Made by a program: the position numbers and the translations under genes. From contig CAXXVZ010000005.1 of assembly GCA_963678065.2 (NCBI GenBank), positions 224,001-288,000 on the forward strand: 64,000 nt of DNA. The letters run 5' to 3'. Shown one piece after another: positions 9,990 to 19,804 of the stretch. Source of the DNA: Treponemataceae bacterium. Lineage in GTDB: Bacteria > Spirochaetota > Spirochaetia > Treponematales > Rectinemataceae. Position 1 is the stretch's first letter. Each line of letters begins with the position of its first letter. Under the pieces are notes generated by a model. It searched no databases. It was not told the origin of the DNA and saw only the letters and a program-made list of their open reading frames with translations.

Positions 9990-10221
9990 GAAGTTTCTCC
10001 AGACGGCGGTCAGACGGACATTGTGCTGGACGGTTCGATCGATTCAGGCAGGGCGAGGATGCGCAATATGAGCCGACCATCGGTCAGGATGCCGGCCATC
10101 CCCGCACAATAGCCCCGATCAGCAAAGTGCATAGCAAAAATGCTCGATCAAGTCAACGACGCCAATCCAGTCAGAGCTGTGGGTAGACCACGAGTCGAAT
10201 CGGATTCACGTCTTTTTGATC

Positions 10222-10250
10222 TGGTCAGTAAAACAAACTTATCTTATACT
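10222..10250 (+). promoter_or_regulatory. Candidate promoter for the cassette array
   Basis: TGGTCA-17 bp-TATACT at the start of the AT-rich block, pointing into it. Confidence 0.4.
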
Positions 10251-10376
10251 CCTGTGCGGGTCGATTATCTGCTCCAAACTCTGCATGACAGCAGTTTGTT
10301 CATGGCCCGGGACCAGGGCCCGAATTGCGCCTCATGGAATGCCTCGAACTGGCGAAGTACGAAGAGGAGAAATAAA

Positions 10377-10796
10377 GTGACTGAATTACTCTCAAGAATA
10401 CTAATAACAATTGGAAGTTGTGCTTCAATTGGCTTTGGTATTTGGCATTTCTTTGTACCCAAGGTATGGAATTGGTATTCATATATTGATACTCAAGCAA
10501 CTGAATTGATCGTTGCCGTGAGAGCCATAAATTTCTTCTTTTCCTTGTCTCTGGTATTGTTTGGACTTATAAATATATCTCTAATATATGGAAGTAGATC
10601 AAATCGTTATTCAATTCTGATAGTATTATGCGCTACATGTATACTATGGTTATTCAGAGTCATACTTCAGGTTATTTATCCACAAGGATCGATTAACACG
10701 ATACTTCAATATGGAATGTTATCATCATTTGTAGTAATATTTCTATGCCATGCGATAGCATTGCTGTCCATAGTTCTGGATAAAAGTTTCGGCTGA
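10377..10796 (+). CDS. Four-TM membrane protein (cassette)
   Basis: GAGGAG RBS and GTG 10377; hydrophobic; the TGA stop lies inside the attC-like R'' box. Confidence 0.75.
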   Translation: MTELLSRILITIGSCASIGFGIWHFFVPKVWNWYSYIDTQATELIVAVRAINFFFSLSLVLFGLINISLIYGSRSNRYSILIVLCATCILWLFRVILQVIYPQGSINTILQYGMLSSFVVIFLCHAIALLSIVLDKSFG

Positions 10797-10863
10797 CAAC
10801 TGCTCCGACTGGACTCCGGATCCTTGATAGTGCATCGCATAGAATGTTGAGTGTATGTCAGGT
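10791..10863 (+). repeat. attC-like site (complete; GAC/GTC core)
   Basis: R'' GGCTGAC, aact, L'' GCTCCGAC ... L' GTTGAGT, gtat, R' GTCAGGT, then gGACGCTGAGCGC. Confidence 0.75.
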
Positions 10864-10892
10864 GGACGCTGAGCGCGGCAAAGGCAATAAGC

Positions 10893-11660
10893 ATGAATGT
10901 ATTGTTGATTAACAGCAGCTATAGACTGAATGGAAATACCGCAATTGCTCTATCAATTCTCAGGGACAAACTTAGTCAAAACGGATTTAATATCAAAGAA
11001 GTAAATCTCGCTCATAAGAATATTCAAATGTGCCGTGGGTGTAGACTCTGCTTCGATAAAGGTGAAAGTCATTGCCCGTTCCATGATGATTTATTACAGA
11101 TAATGGAAGAAGTCAAGCATAATGACTTAATCGTATTTGCCAGTCCTGTATATGTAGAAGATATCAATGGAATAATGAAGAATTGGATCGATAGAATGGC
11201 ATTCAACTGCCATAGGCCAGCCTTTTTTGATAAGCATGCATTCATAATGTGTACTTCCGGTGTCGGAACATCCGGACATGGGTTAACAACAATTGAAAGA
11301 GCATTGCAGACTTGGGGATTTTCTGTCATCGGAAAATCGAAGTACATTGCCGGAGCAAAAATAGAAAGAACGGAATTCGAAAATAAGTATTCAAAGGCAA
11401 TTGGGAAAGTAGTACAGAGAATACAAAAAAAGTTGTTATCAAATAAAGGGCCTTCATTTTTATCTATCATGACATTCAGTATTCAAAAAAGATACTATGA
11501 AAAGGAGACAGATAAATCTTCTGCAGATTATCTTTACTGGAAGAACAACGGATGGCTTGAAAGAAAACGCCATTACTATAACGCAATAAAGATCAACAAG
11601 ATCAGAGCGAAAATTGCAGATCTATTGGGAAATATAATAGCAAAGGTAGTATTAAAATAG
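10893..11660 (+). CDS. Flavodoxin-family / iron-sulfur flavoprotein (NADPH-dependent FMN reductase fold)
   Basis: INSSYRLNGNT, CRGCRLC..GESHC, VFASPVY, MKNWIDR. Confidence 0.85.
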   Translation: MNVLLINSSYRLNGNTAIALSILRDKLSQNGFNIKEVNLAHKNIQMCRGCRLCFDKGESHCPFHDDLLQIMEEVKHNDLIVFASPVYVEDINGIMKNWIDRMAFNCHRPAFFDKHAFIMCTSGVGTSGHGLTTIERALQTWGFSVIGKSKYIAGAKIERTEFENKYSKAIGKVVQRIQKKLLSNKGPSFLSIMTFSIQKRYYEKETDKSSADYLYWKNNGWLERKRHYYNAIKINKIRAKIADLLGNIIAKVVLK

Positions 11661-11698
11661 ACGAATGTTTGCGGGGGGGGGCAATGCCGTTTACAAGA

Positions 11699-11839
11699 AA
11701 TGAACGAACCCCGGAGCAGAGCTCCGAGGTATCGTTCGTTCTGTGAGGAATGGATTGTATGCGGGTCCATACCCGATAGTCACTTCACAAGAAAGAGCGA
11801 AGCAGAGCTTCGGGGTATGGACCCGCCTGCGAATCAAAA
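11699..11839 (+). mobile_element. Non-autonomous double-hairpin element, copy 1 (IS200/IS605-like MITE)
   Basis: 141 bp, near-identical to 16693-16807; two same-orientation CG(G/A)AGCAGAGCT(C/T)CG(A/G)GGTAT hairpins; ends ...GAATCAA. Confidence 0.65.
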
Positions 11840-11872
11840 CAGGACATATTTTATTCATAATGGGAAGAAGTA

Positions 11873-12250
11873 ATGGTAATTGCGCAGAAACAAGCAGAGG
11901 CCTTCGTGAAAAGGTATTTTGAACTGCTATTTGTAGATCATGATATTGAGTCGCTCGACCTAAATCTTGATCCAAACTATTGGGATGATGACATCGGTAA
12001 GCAAGGTATTAATCACATACAAAATTCAAAAGAGTATTTGAAACAGTTATTTATCAAAAATCCAACCATAGGAGTAGAGGTAGGAAATATTCTAACCCAA
12101 GATTCTACGATTACGTCATATGTTTCGTGGTTTATACTGAATGGAATGGAAAGGAAGGTAATAAGAAAAGGCATAGCAATATTTGAGATGAAGAATTGGA
12201 AAATCGCCAAAAGGCATACATATGTATATTTCGAGGAAGAGAACCTGTGA
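11873..12250 (+). CDS. SnoaL/NTF2-like protein
   Basis: 125 aa; FVKRYFE..., GIAIFEMKNWKIAKR pattern. Confidence 0.6.
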   Translation: MVIAQKQAEAFVKRYFELLFVDHDIESLDLNLDPNYWDDDIGKQGINHIQNSKEYLKQLFIKNPTIGVEVGNILTQDSTITSYVSWFILNGMERKVIRKGIAIFEMKNWKIAKRHTYVYFEEENL

Positions 12251-12333
12251 TATGGAAAGCATATGATATATTAAGGGTGGCTGGTTGTTGCGGCATTTGT
12301 AATAAAAAGAAAAAACAATCGAGAAAAAGTGTC

Positions 12334-12399
12334 GCGGAACAATCGCTTCGACCTGTCTCGGACGGACAAGCAGCCCCATAGGCTAAACCAATGCCAGGT
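12334..12399 (+). repeat. attC-like site (degenerate)
   Basis: GCGGAAC-aatc-GCTTCGAC-ctg...tag-GCTAAAC-caat-GCCAGGT. Confidence 0.65.
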
Positions 12400-12421
12400 G
12401 AGCCAAGGCAAAAAGGAATAT

Positions 12422-13192
12422 ATGGAAGAAAAACCAATTTACAACACATGGATCAGAAAAAGCAAAATCGTACTATTCTACTCAATCGCCGGAGTCATTC
12501 TGGCAATCTCCGTGCTCGGCTTTACAAATGCAAACTACTTTTTCATTGCACTATTGTCATTGCCGTTTTTATATATAGCAATAATAATTAATATAACAGC
12601 ATATAGGTTTAGTCCACGAGGTGGTGATATCCAGAACAAAATACATGAGTTGATAATCGAAAAGAGCAATCTACGTGGTCGAATAATCGATATAGGATGC
12701 GGAAGTGGAAATTTGATAATCAAGATGGCAAAAAGGGGAGGCGATTCTCAATATTTCGGAATAGACTATTGGGGCAGCAACTGGGAATACTCAAAAGGCC
12801 AATGTGAGAGAAATGCAGAGCTAGAAAAAGTACCTGGCATTTCGTTTATCAAGAGTAGCGCTTCGAAACTTCCCTTTGAGAACGAATCTTTCGATCATGC
12901 AGTAAGCTGCTTAACATTCCATGAAGTACAGGATGTAGAGAACAAGACTGACTCTCTTAAGGAAGCATTGCGGATACTGAAGAAAGGTGGTGGATTTGTG
13001 TTTTTTGATTTATTTGGTGATAGGAAGTTTTATCCAAGTTTGGATAAAGTGAGAGCGGTGCTGGAAAGCTCAGGCGCAAGAGGAATAAGTATAGAACCAT
13101 TATCAAGATATATGGATTTAGCATTTCCAATAAACACAGGTAAAGTATTAAAGCATGCATTTTTGATTACTGGGGAAAAAGATTTCACCTGA
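12422..13192 (+). CDS. Class I SAM-dependent methyltransferase with N-terminal TM helices
   Basis: IDIGCGSG, GIDYWG, LPFENESFD..VSCLTFHEV, ILKKGG. Confidence 0.9.
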   Translation: MEEKPIYNTWIRKSKIVLFYSIAGVILAISVLGFTNANYFFIALLSLPFLYIAIIINITAYRFSPRGGDIQNKIHELIIEKSNLRGRIIDIGCGSGNLIIKMAKRGGDSQYFGIDYWGSNWEYSKGQCERNAELEKVPGISFIKSSASKLPFENESFDHAVSCLTFHEVQDVENKTDSLKEALRILKKGGGFVFFDLFGDRKFYPSLDKVRAVLESSGARGISIEPLSRYMDLAFPINTGKVLKHAFLITGEKDFT

Positions 13193-13209
13193 CAACGATT
13201 TCAATTTGA
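13187..13209 (+). repeat. attC-like left half only
   Basis: ACCTGAC-aacg-ATTTCAAT-ttga, overlapping the TGA stop. Confidence 0.55.
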
Positions 13210-13221
13210 AAGGGGCAATGA

Positions 13222-13953
13222 ATGGCTATAGATTATGATGACGCCTCAAAAACATATGATACAACCCGTAATGCAGATAGCGATATCATTGATATGTTCG
13301 ATGAAAAAGTACATTTTTCGGAATCAATGTGTATCCTTGATTTTGGTTGTGGTACAGGGAATTATCTATCTAGAATAAGCAATAGCCATAAAGTGAAATG
13401 TTTTGGGGTTGAACCATCTGATGGTATGATTGAAAAGGCATTATCAAAAAATCCAAGAGCAATCATAAGGAAAGGAGATCATGCAAACATACCGTTTGAA
13501 GACGAGTTCTTTGATTTCATCTTCATGACTGATGTCATTCACCATGTGCCTGATTTGGATATGCTGTTCAAAAGCCTTTATAGAACCTTAAAACGGGGCG
13601 GGAAGCTCTGTATTGTGACAGAATCATACAAACAGATAGAATCACGATGGTATAATGCCTATTTCCCTTCTCTCGCCAGCAATGAAAAGAAACGATATCC
13701 AGATATATCAGAGATACTCACACATGCCCAGAAAAATGGATTCAGGCATACGGAAGAACAGACAAGGTTAACAGGGAATAAGGATAAAGTATCGAATCAT
13801 TTTATAAAGATGGTAGAAGAGAAGAACTATTCGATGTTCAGAATACTCGGTGCGAATGAATATGATAAGGGATTAAGCCGATTAAGGAAAGATATAGGTA
13901 AGGAAACAGTATCAAAGGATCATACTGAAACATTAGTATGGTTGGGGAAGTGA
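13222..13953 (+). CDS. Class I SAM-dependent methyltransferase
   Basis: LDFGCGTG, GVEPS, IPFEDEFFD, VIHHV, LKRGG. Confidence 0.9.
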   Translation: MAIDYDDASKTYDTTRNADSDIIDMFDEKVHFSESMCILDFGCGTGNYLSRISNSHKVKCFGVEPSDGMIEKALSKNPRAIIRKGDHANIPFEDEFFDFIFMTDVIHHVPDLDMLFKSLYRTLKRGGKLCIVTESYKQIESRWYNAYFPSLASNEKKRYPDISEILTHAQKNGFRHTEEQTRLTGNKDKVSNHFIKMVEEKNYSMFRILGANEYDKGLSRLRKDIGKETVSKDHTETLVWLGK

Positions 13954-14092
13954 ATTCGCCTTGCGCCGAAGGAGGAGGCAGGAGAATAAGTGGTCAAAAG
14001 AGTAATTTGGAATTTAACGCAACCCGCGACATATAAGGTTTCATGGACCATCCGGATGGGGTTCTTAACAGATCTAGATGCGCTGAGGGAAT

Positions 14093-14869
14093 ATGAAACA
14101 GATCAAGACAACGGCGTTCAGAAAATTGTCCATATTGGGGTTTGATCTAGTGACTGGTAGTCATAATTTTTTCGCCTTATTGGATTTCGATGTAACTGAC
14201 ATTAGGTCCATCTTGAGAGATAAAAGAAAAAATGGGGAAGGGGGATCCTTGTTTTCCTTTATCCTGAAAGCTATTGCAAAATGCTTAGAACAATACCCCG
14301 AGTGCAATTCGATGATTGATTATAGAAACACTACAACTTTCGATGAAGTTGATATAAATATTCCAATCGAAATCGAACATGAAGGTAGATTACTTACAAA
14401 ACAATATATAATAAAGGATGCCAATAAAAAATCAGTGCATCAGATCACGAATGAAATTGATGACTCGAAAAAGAATGTCAATGATGAAAGCGGATATGTA
14501 TTCTCGAAAAACATTCAGAGGCTCCTGAATATGTTGCCAAGAAAAATCAGCATTTGGCTAATACGACACCTTATGAAGAATCATAAAAAGGTCAAAGAAC
14601 TATCGGGGACTGTGTTTGTAACTTCTGTAACAATGTTCTCCAATGTTTCAGGGTATATAATACCATACATTGGAGGGCCAAAGGCAGTTTCATTTGCCGT
14701 TGGGAGTGTCGTTAAAAAGCCGGTCGTAAAAAATGATCAGGTTGTCATAAGAGAGATGATCAATATTACTGCAATATTCAATCACGACATTATTGATGGT
14801 GCGCCGGCTGCCAGGTTCATCAATAAGCTTCGCAGAATTATTGAAACTGAATTCAATGAGCTTTTATGA
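14093..14869 (+). CDS. Stand-alone 2-oxoacid dehydrogenase acyltransferase (E2/CAT-like) catalytic domain
   Basis: FDVTDIR, KAIAKCL..YPECN, FNHDIIDGAPAARF; no lipoyl domain. Confidence 0.85.
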   Translation: MKQIKTTAFRKLSILGFDLVTGSHNFFALLDFDVTDIRSILRDKRKNGEGGSLFSFILKAIAKCLEQYPECNSMIDYRNTTTFDEVDINIPIEIEHEGRLLTKQYIIKDANKKSVHQITNEIDDSKKNVNDESGYVFSKNIQRLLNMLPRKISIWLIRHLMKNHKKVKELSGTVFVTSVTMFSNVSGYIIPYIGGPKAVSFAVGSVVKKPVVKNDQVVIREMINITAIFNHDIIDGAPAARFINKLRRIIETEFNELL

Positions 14870-14904
14870 TGCTCCTCGCCGGTAAAGCGTATGAAAGAGG
14901 TGCT

Positions 14905-16119
14905 ATGAGCGATATTTACGACGAAGCTGCAACGAAGGCCATCAAACTAGTAAAGGACATACTTGATAAACACGGACCAAGAGTCAGTGGTACCACGAGC
15001 AATTATGCTTCAGTAGATGAGCTCGAAAGAATAGTGAAAGAAACCTGTGCATCGACAAGAAGAGAAAAGTTTGCTATTCACCCTAATTCACTTTTTTCTA
15101 TCGGGCGAATATTTGGTGCAATGTATATTATCGGACTGCTCGCAAGCCTTACAAACAATTCACTACTGGTAGTTTTTGTTGGAACGGCATGCATGGCATT
15201 TGGGATTGCATTTTGTGTTTCTCAATTCATCTTGTACTCGGATTTTTTTGACCGATTATTCAAAAAAGTGGAAGGAAACAATATTGTCGGATATGTTGAG
15301 CCAGAAGGTGAGGTAAAAGAGCAAATAGTCCTTGTTGGACATCATGACAGCTCATATATCTATCCTTTTCACGAAACACTGCCAAGACTTTTTCCGATAA
15401 GACTGTTTGTCCCGATCATCATGTTTTTGTTTGAGTTTCTCGTTTTGATCATTGCGCTTTTGGGCGGCTTCAAACCAGGAATTCCCATGTGGACAAAATA
15501 TGTATCATTGGCAGGACTGTTATTTGTTGTTCCGATGTTTGGGTACATTTCTCGGAAACCTGGTCCTGGCGCTGGTGATAATCTGATTGGCTGTGCTATT
15601 GGAATCAATATACTAGAGCTGCTGAATAAAGACTGCAGAAAATTGAAGCACACAAGGCTAGTATTATTGTTGACCGATGGCGAAGAAGTAGGACAAAAAG
15701 GTGCACGGTACTTCGTTACTCGCAATATAGAAGAATTGAAAAAGATCAGTACAAAAGTGATTACTATCGACAGTATATATAAGAAATGCGATACAACTTT
15801 ATTGCGAAGCGACAGGAATGGATTTTCAAAACTCTCAAGCAACCTCGTAGAGAGCCTTATGCGAGTTGCAGAGCAAAGAGGATATCATCCAAGAATACGA
15901 CAGATGCCATTTGGTGGCGGAGGGACCGATGGGGGCCAATTCGCGAGAAAGGGAATAGAAACGGTAAGTATAATTGGAATGCCAACAGATGTTATCAGGA
16001 AGGAGATTATTATCCATACGAAAAATGATTTACCAGAAAGAATCGATATGGATGCTGTCAGTTTGGTCCTTGAGATAGTTTCAGAGTATATAAAAGCGAA
16101 TGATAAGGCATTGGAGTGA
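14905..16119 (+). CDS. M28-family Zn peptidase with TM insertions
   Basis: VGHHDS, PGAGDN..G, DGEEVG..GA, GGGTDG, IHT.ND. Confidence 0.85.
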   Translation: MSDIYDEAATKAIKLVKDILDKHGPRVSGTTSNYASVDELERIVKETCASTRREKFAIHPNSLFSIGRIFGAMYIIGLLASLTNNSLLVVFVGTACMAFGIAFCVSQFILYSDFFDRLFKKVEGNNIVGYVEPEGEVKEQIVLVGHHDSSYIYPFHETLPRLFPIRLFVPIIMFLFEFLVLIIALLGGFKPGIPMWTKYVSLAGLLFVVPMFGYISRKPGPGAGDNLIGCAIGINILELLNKDCRKLKHTRLVLLLTDGEEVGQKGARYFVTRNIEELKKISTKVITIDSIYKKCDTTLLRSDRNGFSKLSSNLVESLMRVAEQRGYHPRIRQMPFGGGGTDGGQFARKGIETVSIIGMPTDVIRKEIIIHTKNDLPERIDMDAVSLVLEIVSEYIKANDKALE

Positions 16120-16156
16120 CAAGAAAATGTCTCTCCTGACAAGGGGTACGCAGGAA

Positions 16157-16693
16157 ATGAAAGAGATCGAAGAACGAAGAAGTATCAGGAAATATACAGA
16201 CAAAAAAGTACCACAAGAAATGATCAATGCCTTGATTGAGAGTGGGATGCAAGCACCATCTGGTGATAATTCCCAGCCTTGGCATTTCATACTCGTCGAT
16301 TATGAAGAGATGAAGCGAAATATAGTAAATGCCTCCAATAATCAAAAATGGATGATGACAGCCCCTCTCTTCATTGTGTGCGTGGCGGATATAAGGTCAA
16401 GGATCGATTCAAACCGTGACATCGATATGGATGAGGAAACATCCTTACCTGAGTTGAAATTGATAATCAGGGATACGGCAATCGCGATTGAGCACATAGT
16501 TCTTGAAGCTGTACACCTCGGGTTAGGTACATGCTGGGTAGCCTGGTTTGATCAAAAGAGTATTCGTCCACTGTTAGGAATACCTGCGGACAAATATGTT
16601 GTGTGTGTTTTGACTGTAGGCTTTCCAGCTGAAAAGCCTGCAAAGAGAAAACGGAAAACAAAAGACGAAGTCATGCACTACAATAAATGGTGA
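16157..16693 (+). CDS. Nitroreductase family protein
   Basis: RRSIRKY, APSGDNSQPWHF, GLGTCWV. Confidence 0.92.
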   Translation: MKEIEERRSIRKYTDKKVPQEMINALIESGMQAPSGDNSQPWHFILVDYEEMKRNIVNASNNQKWMMTAPLFIVCVADIRSRIDSNRDIDMDEETSLPELKLIIRDTAIAIEHIVLEAVHLGLGTCWVAWFDQKSIRPLLGIPADKYVVCVLTVGFPAEKPAKRKRKTKDEVMHYNKW

Positions 16694-16807
16694 ATGAACG
16701 AACCCCGGGGCAGAGCTCCGAGGTATCGTTCGTTCTGTAAGGAATGGATTGTATGCGGGTCCATACCCGACAGAGCTTCGGGGTATGGACCCGCATGCGA
16801 ATCAAAA
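16693..16807 (+). mobile_element. Non-autonomous double-hairpin element, copy 2 (26 bp shorter)
   Basis: Matches 11699-11839 but lacks TAGTCACTTCACAAGAAAGAGCGAAG; abuts the nitroreductase stop. Confidence 0.65.
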
Positions 16808-16829
16808 TCAGCCAGCAATGGCCATGCCA

Positions 16830-16860
16830 CTTAAGCGAATGTCAGGTCGATGCTTCGCGC
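16830..16860 (+). repeat. attC-like right half only
   Basis: CTTAAGC-gaat-GTCAGGT-cGATGCTTCGCGC. Confidence 0.7.
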
Positions 16861-16879
16861 AGAAAGGGAATTCAGACAA

Positions 16880-17932
16880 ATGCAGACAAAAGAGCAGAGC
16901 AATATAAAGCCAAGACGGTTGAAAACCGGAGACACTATCGCTGTTCTGTCGCTATCATGGGGTGGCGCATTCTTGTTCCCACACATATTTGAAGATGGTA
17001 TCGATGTGCTCAAGAATGATTTCGGGTTCAAAATCAAAGAATTCCCGACGACACGGATGAGTCCCAAAGAACTCCATGAAAATCCCCAAAAGAGGGCAGA
17101 AGACCTAAACAAAGCATTCAAGGATGAAAGTATAAGTGGGATCATATGCTCTATAGGCGGCGATGATTCAATACGAATACTGAAATATCTTGATATTGAA
17201 GCAATTAAAAATAATCCCAAGTTAATAATGGGATACTCCGACAGTACAACAATTCTATGTTATCTGAATTTACATGGTCTTGTAACCTACTACGGATCGT
17301 CAATAATGGGGGGATTTTCTTATATTCGATGCTTTCCCGAGGCTCTTGCCGAATACAAAGAAGTCCTGCTTTCTGGTCATTGCAACGAAATAAAACCTTT
17401 CACCGAATGGACGGACGGCTATAAGAATTGGGGAGAGATCGGTAATAGAGGAAAGGTCAATGAGATCAGAAAAGATGATATAGGACATCGCTGGATAAAC
17501 AGAGGAAAAATTTCATCGGGGCAGCTCTGGGGCGGTTGTATTGAGGTGCTCGATATGATGAATGGGACATTGGCGTGGCCGGAAATCGAGTTTTGGGATA
17601 GCCGGATTTTGATGATTGAAACGTCAGAAGACAAGCCGACTCCTAGACAGATTGGCTTCATACTCAGAAATTTTGGAGTTCAGGGCATACTTGCCAGAAT
17701 AAAAGGACTCATTGTAGCAAAACCGAGATCATATTCTCAAGAAGAAAAAACTGAGCTCGATCAGGTAATCATAAAAATAGTGATCGGAGAGTTTATGTGT
17801 AACGAACTCAACATACTTACGAATGTGGATTTCGGGCATACAGATCCAAGGCACATCCTGCCATTGGGAATATCTCTCGAATTGAACCCAACTACAGATA
17901 GGATTACGTTTGTCGAGTCTCTATTTTCATGA
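16880..17932 (+). CDS. S66-family peptidase (LD-carboxypeptidase/MccF-like)
   Basis: LKTGDTIAVLSLS, IGGDDS, MGYSDST, LWGGCIE, IETSE, DFGHTDP. Confidence 0.92.
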   Translation: MQTKEQSNIKPRRLKTGDTIAVLSLSWGGAFLFPHIFEDGIDVLKNDFGFKIKEFPTTRMSPKELHENPQKRAEDLNKAFKDESISGIICSIGGDDSIRILKYLDIEAIKNNPKLIMGYSDSTTILCYLNLHGLVTYYGSSIMGGFSYIRCFPEALAEYKEVLLSGHCNEIKPFTEWTDGYKNWGEIGNRGKVNEIRKDDIGHRWINRGKISSGQLWGGCIEVLDMMNGTLAWPEIEFWDSRILMIETSEDKPTPRQIGFILRNFGVQGILARIKGLIVAKPRSYSQEEKTELDQVIIKIVIGEFMCNELNILTNVDFGHTDPRHILPLGISLELNPTTDRITFVESLFS

Positions 17933-18048
17933 ACGGAAAGGCAGCCAGCATACGCCTAAAGGAAAAGAAACATGAAGGCTCTGAAGATTGTCCGGTTTGG
18001 AGATATATCGTTGCGAAAGAGAACGAAAAAAGTAACTGTATTCAATAA

Positions 18049-19356
18049 GGCATCGCGCCAAAATAATTTGACTGCTTTTATTCTTTAGTCGGAAGCAAAG
18101 CATAGTTCCAATCGCCATGGAATTTTGCCTGCTTAATGTTCAGGGCAGCAAGTTCTTCATCACTAACCTTGATCCCGAGTGGATACGAACCTGAATCCAA
18201 TTCTGCGCATATTTTCAGTCCCGCTGCAGTGGTTGTATTTGCAATCAATTGAATAATTACCTCGTGGCTAATCAACGGTCGGCCTCGCCAGTTCTGAGTG
18301 ATATGGCAAAACATTCGGTGCTCGATTTTATTCCATTTGCTGGTACCTGGTGGAAAGTGACACACGTGAATTGACATTCCAAGCTGATTCGCTAATTCGT
18401 GCAATGCAAGTTTCCAGAGCCGACATCGACTACCGTTGCTGCCACCACCATCAGCGGTAATCAGCAATTCTTTTGCAGTACGATACCGTTTCACACCCAT
18501 TTTTTCCCACCAACGTCGGATGGCTTCGGCAGCAAAATGTGCGGTATCGTGGTCGATTCCTACACTGACCCAGCCCTTGTTTTCGCTTATATCGAAGACT
18601 CCGTATGGTATGGCCTTGCCCAGCTCTGTATCAATGAAGTCATGAACCATTACAGATTCCGGTTCACCTTTGGGACGCCATTCTCGTCCTCCATTTCGAA
18701 ATTCCCCAATCAATTCTTTCTTTTTCGTATCTACCGAGATAACTGGATTCCCTTTACGCTGAAACCGCTTGACCATGGTGTTGATATACTCAAACTGCGC
18801 ATTTCGATCCGGATGCGACGTTCCTTCTTTGGTCTTCCGATTGCTCTGTAGACTGTAGCCTTCCGCGTTCAGTAGCCGTCCAACCGTGCGCGGGCTTACT
18901 GTGTGCCCTTGTCGTGTAAGCGTATCTGCAAGATTACTGGTGCTCAGGCACGTCCACTGTAGTGGCGACTCTGGATCACCCCGTGTCATTGGTTCAATTA
19001 AGCTCGTAAGTTTTTCCCTTAACTCGGGATCGTTTTCACTGCATCGTTTTCTTCCACCGCCTGGGAAACGTACGCGAGTGCGTATCTTCTCGTGCGGATT
19101 ACTTTCGCGTAATGCCAGCTCATTCATTCCTTTGCGTATTGTGTTCGGCGACATCTTAATCGCGGTATTGACTGCCTGTATCCCACCACGACCATACGCT
19201 CTTGCTTCAGCCGCCGCCCATTGACGTCGCATTCGTTCATCCATCATGGGCACAAGTGCGTTGTACTTGGAAGCTATTTGTTGTACCGTTGCCTGATCTT
19301 GCATACTTCATTATAATATAATCAATATATTAGTCAAGTTATTTTGACGCATTGCC
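18049..19356 (-). mobile_element. ISAzo13-family insertion sequence
   Basis: 24-bp terminal IRs (GGCATCGCGCCAAAATAATTTGAC / GGCAATGCGTCAAAATAACTTGAC, 20/24); TAA duplication at 18046-18048 and 19357-19359. Confidence 0.92.
18078..19304 (-). CDS. ISAzo13-family DDE transposase
   Basis: GGGRK, TRGDPESPL.WT, HPDRNAQF, ISVDTKKKE, ITADGGGSNG, PPGTSKWNKIEHR, FHGDWNY. Confidence 0.95.
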   Translation of the reverse strand: MQDQATVQQIASKYNALVPMMDERMRRQWAAAEARAYGRGGIQAVNTAIKMSPNTIRKGMNELALRESNPHEKIRTRVRFPGGGRKRCSENDPELREKLTSLIEPMTRGDPESPLQWTCLSTSNLADTLTRQGHTVSPRTVGRLLNAEGYSLQSNRKTKEGTSHPDRNAQFEYINTMVKRFQRKGNPVISVDTKKKELIGEFRNGGREWRPKGEPESVMVHDFIDTELGKAIPYGVFDISENKGWVSVGIDHDTAHFAAEAIRRWWEKMGVKRYRTAKELLITADGGGSNGSRCRLWKLALHELANQLGMSIHVCHFPPGTSKWNKIEHRMFCHITQNWRGRPLISHEVIIQLIANTTTAAGLKICAELDSGSYPLGIKVSDEELAALNIKQAKFHGDWNYALLPTKE

Positions 19357-19804
19357 TAAACACTTGCACGAAACAATTGATAGGATGAAAGAAACCCTGC
19401 GCAAAGAAAAGAGTGGAGCTGCATTGGCAGCCAATCAGGTCGGTATATCAAAGAGTATAATTGTAGTTAATTATCAGAACGAAGAATTCGAATTGATCAA
19501 TCCAAGAATAACAAGCTCTAGTGGGGAACAATACGAATATGAAGGATGTTTATCCTTACCCAATTTCAGCGGAAGAGTAAGAAGGGCAAAGACCGTAAAA
19601 GTCGTATTTGAAGACAGAAATGGTTCAGAAAAAGAAATAGAAAGAACAGGTCCCCTGGCAATTTGCTTCCAACACGAAATAGATCATCTAGATGGAATAC
19701 TATTTATAGATAGGATGGAAGAAAAATTTGTAATACGCGATGAGGATGATACAAGGTTAAAAGTGGACGATTTATTGTTACTCACAAAAGTATCAAAAGA
19801 AGAG

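Noticed and set aside
10140..10376. N-terminal extension of the first cassette ORF, or an integrase remnant
   Set aside because: A good RBS and GTG lie at 10377, and no tyrosine-recombinase motifs were recognised on either strand.
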